Origin: Thermoanaerobaculia bacterium
Lineage (GTDB): Bacteria; Acidobacteriota; Thermoanaerobaculia; Gp7-AA8
Direction of reading: 5' to 3'
Assembly: GCA_041748075.1 (NCBI GenBank)
Contig: JBGTDX010000118.1
Location: forward strand, 498 to 64,497
Length of the DNA: 64,000 nucleotides
Below, in pieces: positions 38,993 through 49,244 of this stretch. The translations under genes were made by a program, and so were the position numbers. The stretch's first letter is position 1, and every line of letters starts with the position of its first letter. The notes under the pieces are model-generated. The model saw only the letters and a list, made by a program, of their open reading frames with translations, ran no database searches and was not told the DNA's origin.

Positions 38993-40142
38993 GACTGTTC
39001 CTCCTGCTCTCAACGATAGACCTTACGAGCAGCTCGAATCTGTCGAACAACTTCGTTCGTTCGTACCGATCCGTCACGAGTTGCCGCCCCGCTTCTGCGC
39101 GACGAAGCGCTTCCTCGGGCCGCCTCAATACGTCTTCGATCGCTGAAGCCAGTGCAGAAGCGTCGCCAACCGGATACGTCCACCCGGTCTGTCCGTCGAG
39201 AATCGTCTCCCGGAGTCCTCCCACCGCCGCGGCCACCACTGGCACTCCGCATGCCAGCGCTTCGAGCGGCGAGAAGCCGAGTCCCTCCGCTCTGCTCGCC
39301 TGAACACAGACGTCCGACGCCTGATAGTCGAGTGGGAGCTCGAGCTCAGGATGCACGGCGTCCGTCGCAATCACCTCTTCTCCGATTCCGGCACGCTCAG
39401 CAAGACGCGCGAAAGTACGATAGCCCCCACTTCGATGAAGAATGCGCACTTCGAGGCGTCGTTCAAGCAGAATCCGCACTGCCTCGACCAGAGTCTCCGC
39501 ATCTTTCTCGGGAGCGATTCTACTGCTGAAGAAAATGATGGATCCGCCATCCGGAAGTCCGCGACTGAGTCGTAAACTTTTCTTAGGCTGGTCTGAAGGG
39601 CGGAAGATGGTGGTATCAACACCGTAAATAGGGATGACCTCGATGTTCCGTCCGCCGTGCCCCTCCACGACCGACGCCAGATACCTGCTCAGAACGAAAT
39701 AGCGTCGTCCGGCTATGGCGTTCATTTTTCCAAGCAGCCCGAGCAGTCGATACTCGTGCTTTCGGAACGGCTTGTCATCTCCCGTTTCGTGAAGACGGCA
39801 GCGGTAGTACTCCTCGGTTGGACTGCAGACGAACATCGCCACCGGGATACCCGTGAGACGTCCGCCCATGTTCGCCGCCAACGCAGCGAGGCTGTATCCC
39901 TGCACGAGGATGAATTCAGGCCGTACTCGCCGCAGTACGATTCGAGCGAAGACAGACAGGGCAAATCGAACGCGCGACGCCGGTCCTGTTTCGAGCGCCA
40001 ACCGTTCCGAGGACTCCTGGCTGACCTCGCGCCCTCCGGCATTCCGCGCGTAGATCGAGAGATCGAATCGCCGGTGCAGCCCCTCAACGATCCGCACATC
40101 GGTGCCGCTTTCCACGACGAACCAGAGGGAAATCTGGTTCAC
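38973..40142 (-). CDS. Glycosyltransferase family 4 (GT-B, group 1)
   Basis: It has the EX7E motif EGLGFSPLEALACGVPV. The GTG start is in a GTGA overlap with the upstream gene stop. Confidence 0.82.
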   Translation of the reverse strand: MNQISLWFVVESGTDVRIVEGLHRRFDLSIYARNAGGREVSQESSERLALETGPASRVRFALSVFARIVLRRVRPEFILVQGYSLAALAANMGGRLTGIPVAMFVCSPTEEYYRCRLHETGDDKPFRKHEYRLLGLLGKMNAIAGRRYFVLSRYLASVVEGHGGRNIEVIPIYGVDTTIFRPSDQPKKSLRLSRGLPDGGSIIFFSSRIAPEKDAETLVEAVRILLERRLEVRILHRSGGYRTFARLAERAGIGEEVIATDAVHPELELPLDYQASDVCVQASRAEGLGFSPLEALACGVPVVAAAVGGLRETILDGQTGWTYPVGDASALASAIEDVLRRPEEALRRAEAGRQLVTDRYERTKLFDRFELLVRSIVESRRNSLAAGSQ

Positions 40143-41362
40143 GAAGCCTCCCGGGCGGCTGAGCCGGCGGCCTGCTCGAGAACTCCGCAGAGAGCCCCGA
40201 GATGCTTGTCCATCGAAAACCGCTCCGCCAGGCGCAGCGCGTTGGCGCTCATCGTGGCATAAAGCTCGGGATCGGTCATCAGCCGGTGCAAACCATCCGC
40301 AAGATTGCGCGCACTGTCTCCATGGAGATCAGCGAGCACTCCGTTCACCCCGTCTTCGAGCCATTCCGGAATGGCACCAACGGCGAAAGCCGCAACGGGC
40401 AGTCGTCTCCTGCCCGCTTCGATTCCCACGAGCCCGAAGGGTTCCGGCCAGATGCTCGGCATGACCAGCGTGTGGGTGCGCTCCCATTCACGCTCGAGCG
40501 CATCGCCGGTGAGCCAGCCCGTGATCTCGATCTGAACGTTCTCCTTCGCTGTCGTGATCGAGACCGCTTTCCGTTCGACGCGGCTCCGTTCACTCCCATC
40601 TCCGACCAGCGTGAGAATCATCTCCCGACGGATCTCTCCTGCGAGGATCGACACTGCTTCGAGCAGTACATCGATCCCCTTGAGGAATTCGAAGCGTCCC
40701 AGAAACATGAAGCGCCAGGGCTCAGCAGGTGCAGCGGCAACGCGGCCATGGACTGGGTCGCCAATCAGCCGGTCGTCTTCACTCCAGAGCCTTGTCGCCC
40801 GGATTCCGTGGTTCTCGTACTCGCGGGCCATGTGATCGGAGAACGTGACGATCCTGAAGTAGCGGCGCATCAGTGCGAGCCGGGAAGTCTGATGCTGGTA
40901 AAGCCGCATCATGGTAATTGGATTGAGGCCGCCGCAGCGATTCGGGAAGTAGCGGACGAGACAGCCGGGACCGATCTGCCTGCCGCAGGGATGAACCGAT
41001 GGCAGGCGATGAGTCTTCGTTCCACTGATGCAAGTGCCGAAGTAGGCATGGCCGAAAGCCACCACCGGCGCGATCTCCGGCAGGCTTCGCTCGAGCACGA
41101 GGTCCTGCATCTGGTGGGCATAGATCACGTCGGGCTTCCAGCCCGCCAGCGATTGAACCGTAGCCGCAAGTCCCAGCTGTTGGGCACACACATCGAGCGA
41201 AAGATTTTCGTGGGCGATGGGCTCACGATCCACAGGCTCGTCGATCTCGCTGATCAGGCCGATTTCATGGCCGAGCCGCAAGAGTGCAGGCATCACCTCG
41301 GCGAGGTAGGTCTCCACGCCCCCTGCCCTGCGTCTGCTCCAGTTCGCAATCGCGATTTTCAT
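40139..41362 (-). CDS. Glycosyltransferase family 4 (GT-B, group 1)
   Basis: It has the N-terminal MKIAIANWSRRRAGGVETY and the motif EPFGLVGIEAGRRRLPV. Confidence 0.8.
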   Translation of the reverse strand: MKIAIANWSRRRAGGVETYLAEVMPALLRLGHEIGLISEIDEPVDREPIAHENLSLDVCAQQLGLAATVQSLAGWKPDVIYAHQMQDLVLERSLPEIAPVVAFGHAYFGTCISGTKTHRLPSVHPCGRQIGPGCLVRYFPNRCGGLNPITMMRLYQHQTSRLALMRRYFRIVTFSDHMAREYENHGIRATRLWSEDDRLIGDPVHGRVAAAPAEPWRFMFLGRFEFLKGIDVLLEAVSILAGEIRREMILTLVGDGSERSRVERKAVSITTAKENVQIEITGWLTGDALEREWERTHTLVMPSIWPEPFGLVGIEAGRRRLPVAAFAVGAIPEWLEDGVNGVLADLHGDSARNLADGLHRLMTDPELYATMSANALRLAERFSMDKHLGALCGVLEQAAGSAAREAS

Positions 41363-41365
41363 CCG

Positions 41366-42505
41366 TCATCCATTTCGCACACGATCGATGACATGCGACA
41401 ACTGGAACTCCTTCCTGAACAGCGCCCTGGCTCTCTCAGCGAGACGCTTGCGCTCATCGACGTCGGCCAGGAGCGCGTCGACTGCGCGGCCAACCGCATC
41501 CGAGTCACCGTCCTTCACGAGCACGACTGCTCCACTCTCCCGCCACATCGCCTCGGTATGTTCACCTTCATTCGTGACGATCGCGGCGCCGTGTGCGAGC
41601 GACGACAGAAGCGAGCTTCTTCTGGCATTCACGCCGTCAGGATAGAGCTGCAGCATCACGTCGCATGCCTGGATCGTAAGCGAAACCTCCCGGCTCGAGA
41701 GCACTCCCGTCGCATGGATGCGCCCGGCGAGGTCGCGATGTCTAACGCGAAGATCGGCGGCGGCTTCCTGACTTCCGGAGCCCATCAGAACGAGCGCCGC
41801 ATCCGCTCGCCGCTCGAGAATCTCAACGGCGGTTCGCTCGAACGCACGATCGGCCGCAGGCCGCTTTCCGAAGATCCCGATCAGTCTCGCCGCTTGCGGA
41901 AACTGCTCTCGAATGGCCAGCACCCGGCGAGGATCGTCTGTCACCGGAACCGGGCTGGTGGCCGGCAGCCACTTGATCGGGAGCCCTCTTCGAGCGTAAG
42001 GCCGCACGCGCTCGCTCCACGCCGGGATCGTCACCCAAGCCCTCCGCGCTCCCCGAAGTGCGAGTGCGAGCATCAGCCGGTGAACGAGCGCCGCCAGCAG
42101 ATGCAGACCGTCCCGACTTCTCCATCCGAGCCCGGGCTCATGCACGATCAGCTCGAGCGCATCGTCGCCTCTTCGACCGCGACGGAAAAGCCAGAACGCA
42201 AGGGCTAGATTGAGAGAACGAAAACCGTATCCATGTGGCACCCATTGGACGAGCAGTCGCCGCGGCACCGAGCGATGATCGAGATGCTCGCCAAGCCTCC
42301 GCAGATCCCGCGGGCCGTAAGTCGTAAAAACCTGGTGCACCTGAACGCCGGGGATTTCCGGCGGGTCACCTTCGGTCGTTCTCGTGTAGACATGGACTTC
42401 GTCGCCCGCTTCGGCCAGGCCGTTTGCGAGAAGATACGACTGGTCCCCCACTCCGCACACATCGGGAGGGAACTCGCTGGTCACCAGGTGCCACTCAATC
42501 CCCAT
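41366..42505 (-). CDS. Glycosyltransferase, GT-B fold (divergent, no clean EX7E)
   Basis: The N-terminal HLVTSEFPPDVCGVGDQSY is typical of the GT4 N-domain. The C-domain has RRSSLLSSLAHGAAIVT in place of EX7E. Confidence 0.7.
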   Translation of the reverse strand: MGIEWHLVTSEFPPDVCGVGDQSYLLANGLAEAGDEVHVYTRTTEGDPPEIPGVQVHQVFTTYGPRDLRRLGEHLDHRSVPRRLLVQWVPHGYGFRSLNLALAFWLFRRGRRGDDALELIVHEPGLGWRSRDGLHLLAALVHRLMLALALRGARRAWVTIPAWSERVRPYARRGLPIKWLPATSPVPVTDDPRRVLAIREQFPQAARLIGIFGKRPAADRAFERTAVEILERRADAALVLMGSGSQEAAADLRVRHRDLAGRIHATGVLSSREVSLTIQACDVMLQLYPDGVNARRSSLLSSLAHGAAIVTNEGEHTEAMWRESGAVVLVKDGDSDAVGRAVDALLADVDERKRLAERARALFRKEFQLSHVIDRVRNG

Positions 42506-42508
42506 TCG

Positions 42509-43615
42509 TCACGTCATCCGTGAGAATACTTCATGAACACGGGAAGCCTGGGCAACGGGGTCGCAGAGTAAGGCAGCACGCGCGGGTCCGTTCGCTGCCA
42601 GCGACTCTCTCACCTCCCTACGCTCGATGAGACGCCGGAGGACGGCGGAAAGCTCCGCTGCGTCGGGATGTTCAATGAGAACTCCACACGACGAATCGAC
42701 GATCTCTAGAGGGCCACCCATTCGAGTGGTGACGACCGGCAGGCCCCGGTAGAGAGCTTCGACGAATGTGATCCCGAAAGACTCCGGCCTGAGATTCGGC
42801 TGACAGTGAAGGTTCGCCGATGCGAGGAGCCGGGCCACGTCGTGACGATGGCCGGCGAACCTTACACGGTTCTCGATCCCCAGCGATACGACTCGCTCGC
42901 GCAATCGGTTTTCGTATTGCCGTTCACTGTTCCTCTGAGCCCCGCCTACCAGCCAGCAGGTCCAGCCGGGGACGTTCGCAAGGTCGCCCAGTGCTTCAGC
43001 GAGAAGCAACTGACCCTTCCACTCCTCCATCCGGCTGACCTGGATGATCACGACGTCGTCGGGCGATGTGGAGAGCTCATCCCGCACGCTCTCACCAGTC
43101 TCTGATGACTCCTCCTGCGGGCGTTCGACTGGGTAGTAAACGACTTCATGATGGACTCCACGAAATACTCGCGAGAGCGTTCCAGCGCTGTATTGACTGT
43201 TGCTGATCACGAGATCGGGAGGCGCCGCAGCCGCCAGCCGCTCGATCCAGTGACGATCCTCGAATGCATTGTGCTGCCAGAACAGTAGCGGGACTCCGGC
43301 GCGCCGGACGGTCGAACCGAAGATCGCCTGAGTCCAGGTCGAATGACTTACGACCAGATCGAATTTCTCTCTGACGAGCAACTCTCCGAGCGCCCGCCTC
43401 GCGCGAAGAGTGTCGAGCGGACTGCGCAGTCTCGCCGGCGGAAGCATCACGACTTGCCCTCCGGCCTCCCGCAGATCGCGTGCAAGCTTGCCTTCCTCCA
43501 TGAGTGCGAACGTCATGCGGCAGCCCGGCATCGCATCGACATGGCGCTCGAGGCAGGTCAGCATGGTTTCCACGCCGCCGTATAGACCGCCCGTATGTAT
43601 ATGGAGAACACGCAT
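42509..43615 (-). CDS. Glycosyltransferase family 4 (GT-B, group 1)
   Basis: It has MRVLHIHTGGLYGGVE and the motif ESFGITFVEALYRGLPV. The start is ATG 43615; GTG 43618 is also in frame. Confidence 0.82.
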   Translation of the reverse strand: MRVLHIHTGGLYGGVETMLTCLERHVDAMPGCRMTFALMEEGKLARDLREAGGQVVMLPPARLRSPLDTLRARRALGELLVREKFDLVVSHSTWTQAIFGSTVRRAGVPLLFWQHNAFEDRHWIERLAAAAPPDLVISNSQYSAGTLSRVFRGVHHEVVYYPVERPQEESSETGESVRDELSTSPDDVVIIQVSRMEEWKGQLLLAEALGDLANVPGWTCWLVGGAQRNSERQYENRLRERVVSLGIENRVRFAGHRHDVARLLASANLHCQPNLRPESFGITFVEALYRGLPVVTTRMGGPLEIVDSSCGVLIEHPDAAELSAVLRRLIERREVRESLAANGPARAALLCDPVAQASRVHEVFSRMT

Positions 43616-43819
43616 CACAGTTGACGGTTGAGAAGAACGGCGGAGGGGAGATTTCTATTCGGGTGAATCATCGAGTAGACAGTACACCGGAGACAGGAGC
43701 TCCCCTTCCAACGGCTACCGGTGGAAGTGAACCAGCAGATGAAAAGAGCACTCCGTGATCATTCACCACCCGCCCATTGTAGCCACCGGAGGGGGTGGGT
43801 TACTGGCTACTGGTACTTC

Positions 43820-44917
43820 TCACTCCCCGTACGCCTCGAGACAGCGCTCGACGACTGATTGCCAGCAGAACTGCTCGAGAACCCGCGCGCGCGCCGCGTC
43901 ACCCATCGAGCGACGCAATGCCGCATCCGTGGCCAGGAGCTGCAACTTGCCGCGCAGCGCTCCGACATCGTTCGGGGGAACGATGAATCCGCTGATGCCA
44001 TTCTTAATGATCTCCGGCAGGCTCGCCACATCCGTCGCGATCGCCGGCGCGCCACAGGCCATTCCTTCAAGCAGGCTCTGGCCGAGAAGCTCCGGGACCT
44101 TCGTGGACGCGCCGTAGAGATCGGTGTAGACGCTCGGGAGCACCACGCAGCTGGCGCCGCGATACGCTTCGATCAACTCCGCGTCACCGCACTCATAGCG
44201 AAAGACGACTGCTTTTGACTCCGCCAGCTTCCTGAGATCTTCGTGATAGCGCTCGTCGTATGGCTTACCGATGATCTCGAGGTTGATGCCGGCGGGAAGT
44301 GCTCGAATGAGGATGTCGATCCCTTTGTGTGGAAGCAGCCTTCCAACGAAGAGCACCCGATTGCCGCGTTCCCTGCCATCCGGAGAAAACCGATCGGCGT
44401 CGACCCCACCTCCGATCACGCGCGCACGCCGGTTCTGTTCGTGACCAAACACCTTGCGGCTGTATTCGCTGATGTGAAGATGTCCCGTGAACAGGCGATC
44501 GGTGTTCACGTAGGACGAGATGTCCCACCCGCCTCCACCGAGGTCCGTGACGAACACAGGCTTGCGAAGAAAGCGTCCGGACATCGCGAGAAACGTCGAC
44601 ATCGTGATGTGCTTCTGGTGACAATGAACCACATCGGCGCCTCGAAGCTCGGAAGTGATCGCGAGCGAAAACGGATTCGCTCGCTGGCCACGAATGTATC
44701 GTGTTCTTCCAATGACTCGCAGAGCAAGACTCCCGTCATTGATCAGCCGATCCTCGGCACCGAACGTGACGAGCCGTGTGGGCACCACTCCCGACATCGT
44801 CCGCGCGAGCTCGAGCACATATCGCTCGGCACCACCCGTGACTCCATCCTTCCCGAACATGGCCGGCACTACATGCAGAACTCGCGGACCTTCAGCAGGC
44901 GATGGGGGGCTCCTCAT
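43820..44917 (-). CDS. Glycosyltransferase family 4 (GT-B, group 1)
   Basis: It has VLHVVPAMFGKDGVTGGAERY and a C-domain ending in LLEGMACGAPAIAT. The start was set to ATG 44917, forming an ATGA overlap with the upstream gene stop; the track start is 45103. Confidence 0.8.
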   Translation of the reverse strand: MRSPPSPAEGPRVLHVVPAMFGKDGVTGGAERYVLELARTMSGVVPTRLVTFGAEDRLINDGSLALRVIGRTRYIRGQRANPFSLAITSELRGADVVHCHQKHITMSTFLAMSGRFLRKPVFVTDLGGGGWDISSYVNTDRLFTGHLHISEYSRKVFGHEQNRRARVIGGGVDADRFSPDGRERGNRVLFVGRLLPHKGIDILIRALPAGINLEIIGKPYDERYHEDLRKLAESKAVVFRYECGDAELIEAYRGASCVVLPSVYTDLYGASTKVPELLGQSLLEGMACGAPAIATDVASLPEIIKNGISGFIVPPNDVGALRGKLQLLATDAALRRSMGDAARARVLEQFCWQSVVERCLEAYGE

Positions 44918-46095
44918 CGAAATCTCTCGTTCACCATGCGAACGAGCTCCGCGGCCATCCCGTCCCACGTGTAGCGGCGCAAGTCTTCGCCGAGCGTCGC
45001 GAATCTCGAACGCCAGAAAGGCATCGACGCCCGCCAGCTGCGGATCACTCCAGCAAGAGCGCCTGTGTCGTCCGGATCCGCAAGCAACAGAGGACGAGCC
45101 CACTCCGGGTACTTCTCCGCTACACCGGACGAGCAGGTGACGATCGAGGGAACGCCGCGGCAGATCGCCTCCTGCACGTTCAGACCATAGGGCTCATATC
45201 GAGCGGGACTTACGAGCAGATCAGCGGCTGCAAGAAGCTCGTCGACGTTCCGGATGAAACCGAGAAAGCGAATCCGTTCACCGATGCCGGCCCGGACGGA
45301 CTTCTCGCGCCAGGCGTCGATCGTTCTGCCTCCTCCAGCAACGAGCAACTCGCCGTCCCATTGTGGATCTTCGCAGAGAAGCCGCCATGCCTGCCAGAGC
45401 GAGTCGAACCCCTTCCTGCCGTCGCTCGAAATGGCTCCGACGAACACGACCGCCGGGCGATCGCCCGGGATGTCGAACGCGCGACGCGCCCTCGCACGAT
45501 CCGCAGGCCCGGGTACGTTCCACGACGGATCACTGCCCAGGTAGAGGGTCTCCACCCGATCCTTCACATTCACCGGCAGAGCGATCAAATCAGCGCGGGT
45601 CTTCTCGGAGTTTGCCAGAATCAGTTCAGCTTTGCTGAGAGCGCGAAGTTCGCTACGCCGGAAGTAACGGCCGCTGATCCGGTTCTTTAATCCTTCGACG
45701 CCGAGACCGGGCGGAGGATGCCAGGCATGGTGAACGTAATGCACCCAGTTGATGCCAGGCCATCCGCAGTTCCCGCCGTTGACGACGATTCGCGCGCGGG
45801 GATCGTTCCGTCGGACCGCTTCGGCAACGGCGCTTCCCTTCCGGTCCAGCAACCGCTCGCCCAGAAGAAACGATCCGCGGGGTCGCGTCACGAGATGGGT
45901 GCTCACCAGCGGGTGCGCCGCCAGTTCGCTTTCGAGTGAGTGCCCGACGAGCTGAACTCGCGCCCCATGGGATACGAGGTGCCAGGCCAGCGCCGCATTG
46001 GCCTTGTCCATTCCGCCTTCGCGATGAAACCCTCCCGCCACGATGATCCAGGGCGGCGATTCCCCGTAGATGACATCGGACACGCTAGGATCCAT
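44914..46095 (-). CDS. Glycosyltransferase family 4 (GT-B, group 1)
   Basis: It has IIVAGGFHREGGMDKAN and the motif EPYGLNVQEAICRGVPS. Confidence 0.8.
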   Translation of the reverse strand: MDPSVSDVIYGESPPWIIVAGGFHREGGMDKANAALAWHLVSHGARVQLVGHSLESELAAHPLVSTHLVTRPRGSFLLGERLLDRKGSAVAEAVRRNDPRARIVVNGGNCGWPGINWVHYVHHAWHPPPGLGVEGLKNRISGRYFRRSELRALSKAELILANSEKTRADLIALPVNVKDRVETLYLGSDPSWNVPGPADRARARRAFDIPGDRPAVVFVGAISSDGRKGFDSLWQAWRLLCEDPQWDGELLVAGGGRTIDAWREKSVRAGIGERIRFLGFIRNVDELLAAADLLVSPARYEPYGLNVQEAICRGVPSIVTCSSGVAEKYPEWARPLLLADPDDTGALAGVIRSWRASMPFWRSRFATLGEDLRRYTWDGMAAELVRMVNERFR

Positions 46096-47428
46096 AGGCG
46101 CGTCCGATGATCGGTTCGGGCGGTGGAAGCTGCCTCGCCCTGACCCGCTGCGGCTTGAGCGACTTCTGCGGTATGACCAGCCAGCCGGCGAAAAGAAAAA
46201 GCAGTGCCGACTGAGGAATCGCGGTGAAAATCCCGATGCCGATCAGCCCGGTAAAGAACTGCGCAGCGACCATGAATCGGAAGAGTCTCCGGCTCAGCTC
46301 CCACGGCTCTCCCGGCTGCGGCCGGCTCCGCACCAGCAACCATCCGAGGAACGTTCCCCACAGCATGAGTCCGACCACACCCTGCTCGAGCATGATGCGG
46401 GCGTACTCATTCTCCATGATGACTCGATCGCGGATGCGGTCCTCGAGAAAGTGAGGAACACTCGTGCCGCCCGCGCCCAGTCCGTTACCCAATGGATACC
46501 TGTATGCGAGATCGAAAAACGTCTGGTTCACGCTCCAGCTGAGCCGCTCAGTCAGAAACACGGTATCGAACAACGTCGTGAACCGCTGCAACCTCTCCTG
46601 CGACGCGACGACCAGGGCGATGAGTGCGAGTCCGATCAACCACCGCGCCCTGTACCGCCGGAAAATACCACCGGCAACCATGAGGAAGACGAACATCGCT
46701 GCGAGGATTCCGACGTAGAGTCGCGTGCTGGCCATGAAAACTCCCATGACGGAGCAGAGGATCGCGACCGAAAAAAACAACCTCACGGGTTTCCGCCGGG
46801 AAGCCAGCAGACCTCCGATCAAAAGCGGCAACGTAATCACCATTGTCGCGGCAAATGCGTGGGCACTCGGAAATGACGCCGGGATTCTCAATTGACCGGC
46901 AGGACCCGCGTCATTGCTCCGATAGATCAGCTCGGTGACGGGGCTGAATGGAAAGAAGCGCTCCACGCCCACCATGAACTGCGCCGCCGCCAGAGCAACG
47001 ACCAGAATGTTTGCCACACCGAGAATCACGCCCAGTTTCTCGATGTGATTCGAGCGGAGGCGAGCACCCAGAAGCAGAAACGGTACGACGAATACATTGC
47101 CGCGCAAACCGACAAGTTGCACGAGGGGATCCTGCCCGGGAACCAGCAACAGCAACGCGGGCCAGACCAGGAGAATCGCCACCCACAGGCTCAGCCGGGC
47201 TGCCTCGGCCGGACCTGACTTCTGTCTGACCAGCACGAACTGGCTGAGGTAGAGTGCAATCACCGCTGCATCGAAGAGGAAATGGGACAGAAGCCCGGGC
47301 ACGTTCGCCCGCACGATTCCGTATGCGTAGCCGACCACACAGACCGCCGCCAGTCCCGCGACGAGACTTCTTCGAGAGGCGATGAATGTGCCCAGAAATG
47401 CTAGAGCGAGTAGAACTATCGGAAGCAT
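46085..47428 (-). CDS. O-antigen polymerase/ligase-family membrane protein (Wzy_C-type)
   Basis: It has about 11-12 TM helices and a periplasmic loop, YPLGNGLGAGGTS...ENEYARIMLEQG, resembling the Wzy_C motif. Confidence 0.7.
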   Translation of the reverse strand: MLPIVLLALAFLGTFIASRRSLVAGLAAVCVVGYAYGIVRANVPGLLSHFLFDAAVIALYLSQFVLVRQKSGPAEAARLSLWVAILLVWPALLLLVPGQDPLVQLVGLRGNVFVVPFLLLGARLRSNHIEKLGVILGVANILVVALAAAQFMVGVERFFPFSPVTELIYRSNDAGPAGQLRIPASFPSAHAFAATMVITLPLLIGGLLASRRKPVRLFFSVAILCSVMGVFMASTRLYVGILAAMFVFLMVAGGIFRRYRARWLIGLALIALVVASQERLQRFTTLFDTVFLTERLSWSVNQTFFDLAYRYPLGNGLGAGGTSVPHFLEDRIRDRVIMENEYARIMLEQGVVGLMLWGTFLGWLLVRSRPQPGEPWELSRRLFRFMVAAQFFTGLIGIGIFTAIPQSALLFLFAGWLVIPQKSLKPQRVRARQLPPPEPIIGRAYGS

Positions 47429-47446
47429 GCGGTTTTGGTGGGCATT

Positions 47447-48676
47447 CTAGCCCTCATTCCTCACCGAGCCGACCCGCGCGTACAGCTCGCAGAACTCTCT
47501 CCCGAGCCTCTCTGTCGTGAACTGGGTTTCGGCGCAACGGCGGCCATCCTTCCCTGCCTTCTCGCGAAGAACTCCGTTCTCGATGAGTCGCGACAGGATC
47601 TCTGCGAGTGCTTCGACATCACCGGGGGGAAAGTGAAGCGTGGACCCGCACGCCTCGACAATTTCCGCCGCACCCCCCGCGGCACTCACCACCACCGGGC
47701 GGCCGCTCGCCATCGCCTCGGCGATCACCAGACCGAACGGCTCCGGAAGTGTGCTCGCATGGACGACCACATCGAGCGCGCGCATCACCGGAGCCGAATC
47801 ATCGATGAATCCCGTGAAGCCCACCCGCTCCTCCAGCCCCAGCTCCGCAGCGATTCGTTTCAACGACGCTATCGAAATCTGGCTGCCGCGCGTTTGATAA
47901 ACCTCTCCTCCGATCACATATCCCCGGAACGGAAGGTCGTCGGCGATCAGGGCGAGTGCTCTGAGAAAGATCTCATGTCCCTTCCATTTCGCCATCGTAG
48001 CCACCAGACCGATGCGGATCACACCTTCCGCCGCCCGAGTCATTCCCGAGAGGCCATCGAGATCGACCGACTCGCCTTCCGGATTGAAGCGACGGACATC
48101 GACTGCGTTGCGCACGGTCACGACATCGAGATCCGGACAGAGCTTTGAAATGTCGTCGCCCACGCTGCTCGAGTTCGCAGCAGCCACCGTGCAGAAACGC
48201 GCAGCGAACCGCAGCAGCCGCGACATGACGGGCCGCACCGACACGTAATCATGAATATGCCAGACGAGAGGGACTCCCGCGGGCCTTCCGAGCACCCCCA
48301 GCAGGTGCATCTTGAATCCGTTGGAATGAACCAGGTCCGGCTTCGCACGCCGGAGCGTCTTCCTCAGGCGAAGCATATACAGCGCCAGAGAGGGCCCTCC
48401 CAGCACGAGCCTTCCAATCACCGACGTGATGCGAACTGCGTCGCCGGCTGGACCACCAGCTTCCGAATCCCCGACCGCTGATACCGCGCGCGGAATCGGA
48501 AGGATATGCACCGGCATCCCAAGCTCCCTGAGTTGTCCGACAAGTGGCCCGTCCTCGGTTACGATCAGTTCGAGCTCCCAATCCGGCCGGGCTTCCCGAA
48601 TCGTGGAAAGCAGCGTGCGCAACGCCGCCTCAGCACCCCCGAGCTGGGCACTCGGATTGAGGTAAACGACCTTCAC
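47447..48676 (-). CDS. Glycosyltransferase family 4 (GT-B, group 1)
   Basis: It has VKVVYLNPSAQLGGAE and the motif EPFGLVIAEAMASGRPV. The start is GTG 48676, 5 nt after GGAG; the track start at 48841 adds an implausible extension. Confidence 0.82.
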   Translation of the reverse strand: MKVVYLNPSAQLGGAEAALRTLLSTIREARPDWELELIVTEDGPLVGQLRELGMPVHILPIPRAVSAVGDSEAGGPAGDAVRITSVIGRLVLGGPSLALYMLRLRKTLRRAKPDLVHSNGFKMHLLGVLGRPAGVPLVWHIHDYVSVRPVMSRLLRFAARFCTVAAANSSSVGDDISKLCPDLDVVTVRNAVDVRRFNPEGESVDLDGLSGMTRAAEGVIRIGLVATMAKWKGHEIFLRALALIADDLPFRGYVIGGEVYQTRGSQISIASLKRIAAELGLEERVGFTGFIDDSAPVMRALDVVVHASTLPEPFGLVIAEAMASGRPVVVSAAGGAAEIVEACGSTLHFPPGDVEALAEILSRLIENGVLREKAGKDGRRCAETQFTTERLGREFCELYARVGSVRNEG

Positions 48677-48722
48677 GAGTGAACTCCAACGCCAGCCGCA
48701 CAACTGCCCAGGCCCGGGCTGC

Positions 48723-49244
48723 TCACGACGAGTTCTTGCTCCCTGAAGCTTCGAGCATCTGAAGGGTGAAATGATGATCCGCGAATTGCGGACGCACGGC
48801 GAGACCGTCGAGTGCGAGCTTCTTCGCCAGCTCCCGCGCACGCTGCAGTTGCGTCACCGTAAGGGAACTCCGCTCGTCCGGTCCGCGAGCGAGGAGCTCC
48901 TGATTTGCCAGGAGTTCCGCGCCGTAGTTGCCCCCCGGAAAGCGATCGGGAGGTAGGTAGGCCACAAACGATCGCAGCAGCACGAGACGGTTCGCGAGTT
49001 CGCTTGCGGCCGTGTCACTGCTCGTCAGCGACTCGACAACGACCGCCCGGGCGAAACTCGCGGCCGCGTGATCGGGATCCCGGGCGAGCCTCGCGGCTTC
49101 CGCAGCCACCGGATTCCGTTCTGAAAAATTAGTCTCCACGACCGCCGACAGCACTTCCGAATGCCGTCCTTTTTCGACTTGATACACGGCCACGGATGCG
49201 ATCGACATCGCAAGCCAGAACAGCGCCACCACCCCACGTCTCAT
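48723..49244 (-). CDS. Hypothetical exported/anchored protein, translationally coupled to the tyrosine phosphatase gene
   Basis: ATG 49244 forms an ATGA overlap with the upstream stop. It has an N-terminal hydrophobic helix (RRGVVALFWLAMSIASVAVY). I recognise no family signature. Confidence 0.5.
   Translation of the reverse strand: MRRGVVALFWLAMSIASVAVYQVEKGRHSEVLSAVVETNFSERNPVAAEAARLARDPDHAAASFARAVVVESLTSSDTAASELANRLVLLRSFVAYLPPDRFPGGNYGAELLANQELLARGPDERSSLTVTQLQRARELAKKLALDGLAVRPQFADHHFTLQMLEASGSKNSS

Noticed and set aside
43660-43800. Apparent similarity between the 200-nt GT-GT intergenic region and the inverted-repeat element at 61159-61311 (GGTAGCCG, CCACCGG, GGTGAATGA)
   Set aside because: Only scattered 8-9-mers are shared, in a different order and orientation. 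That is within chance expectation for a 64-kb GC-rich window read on both strands.
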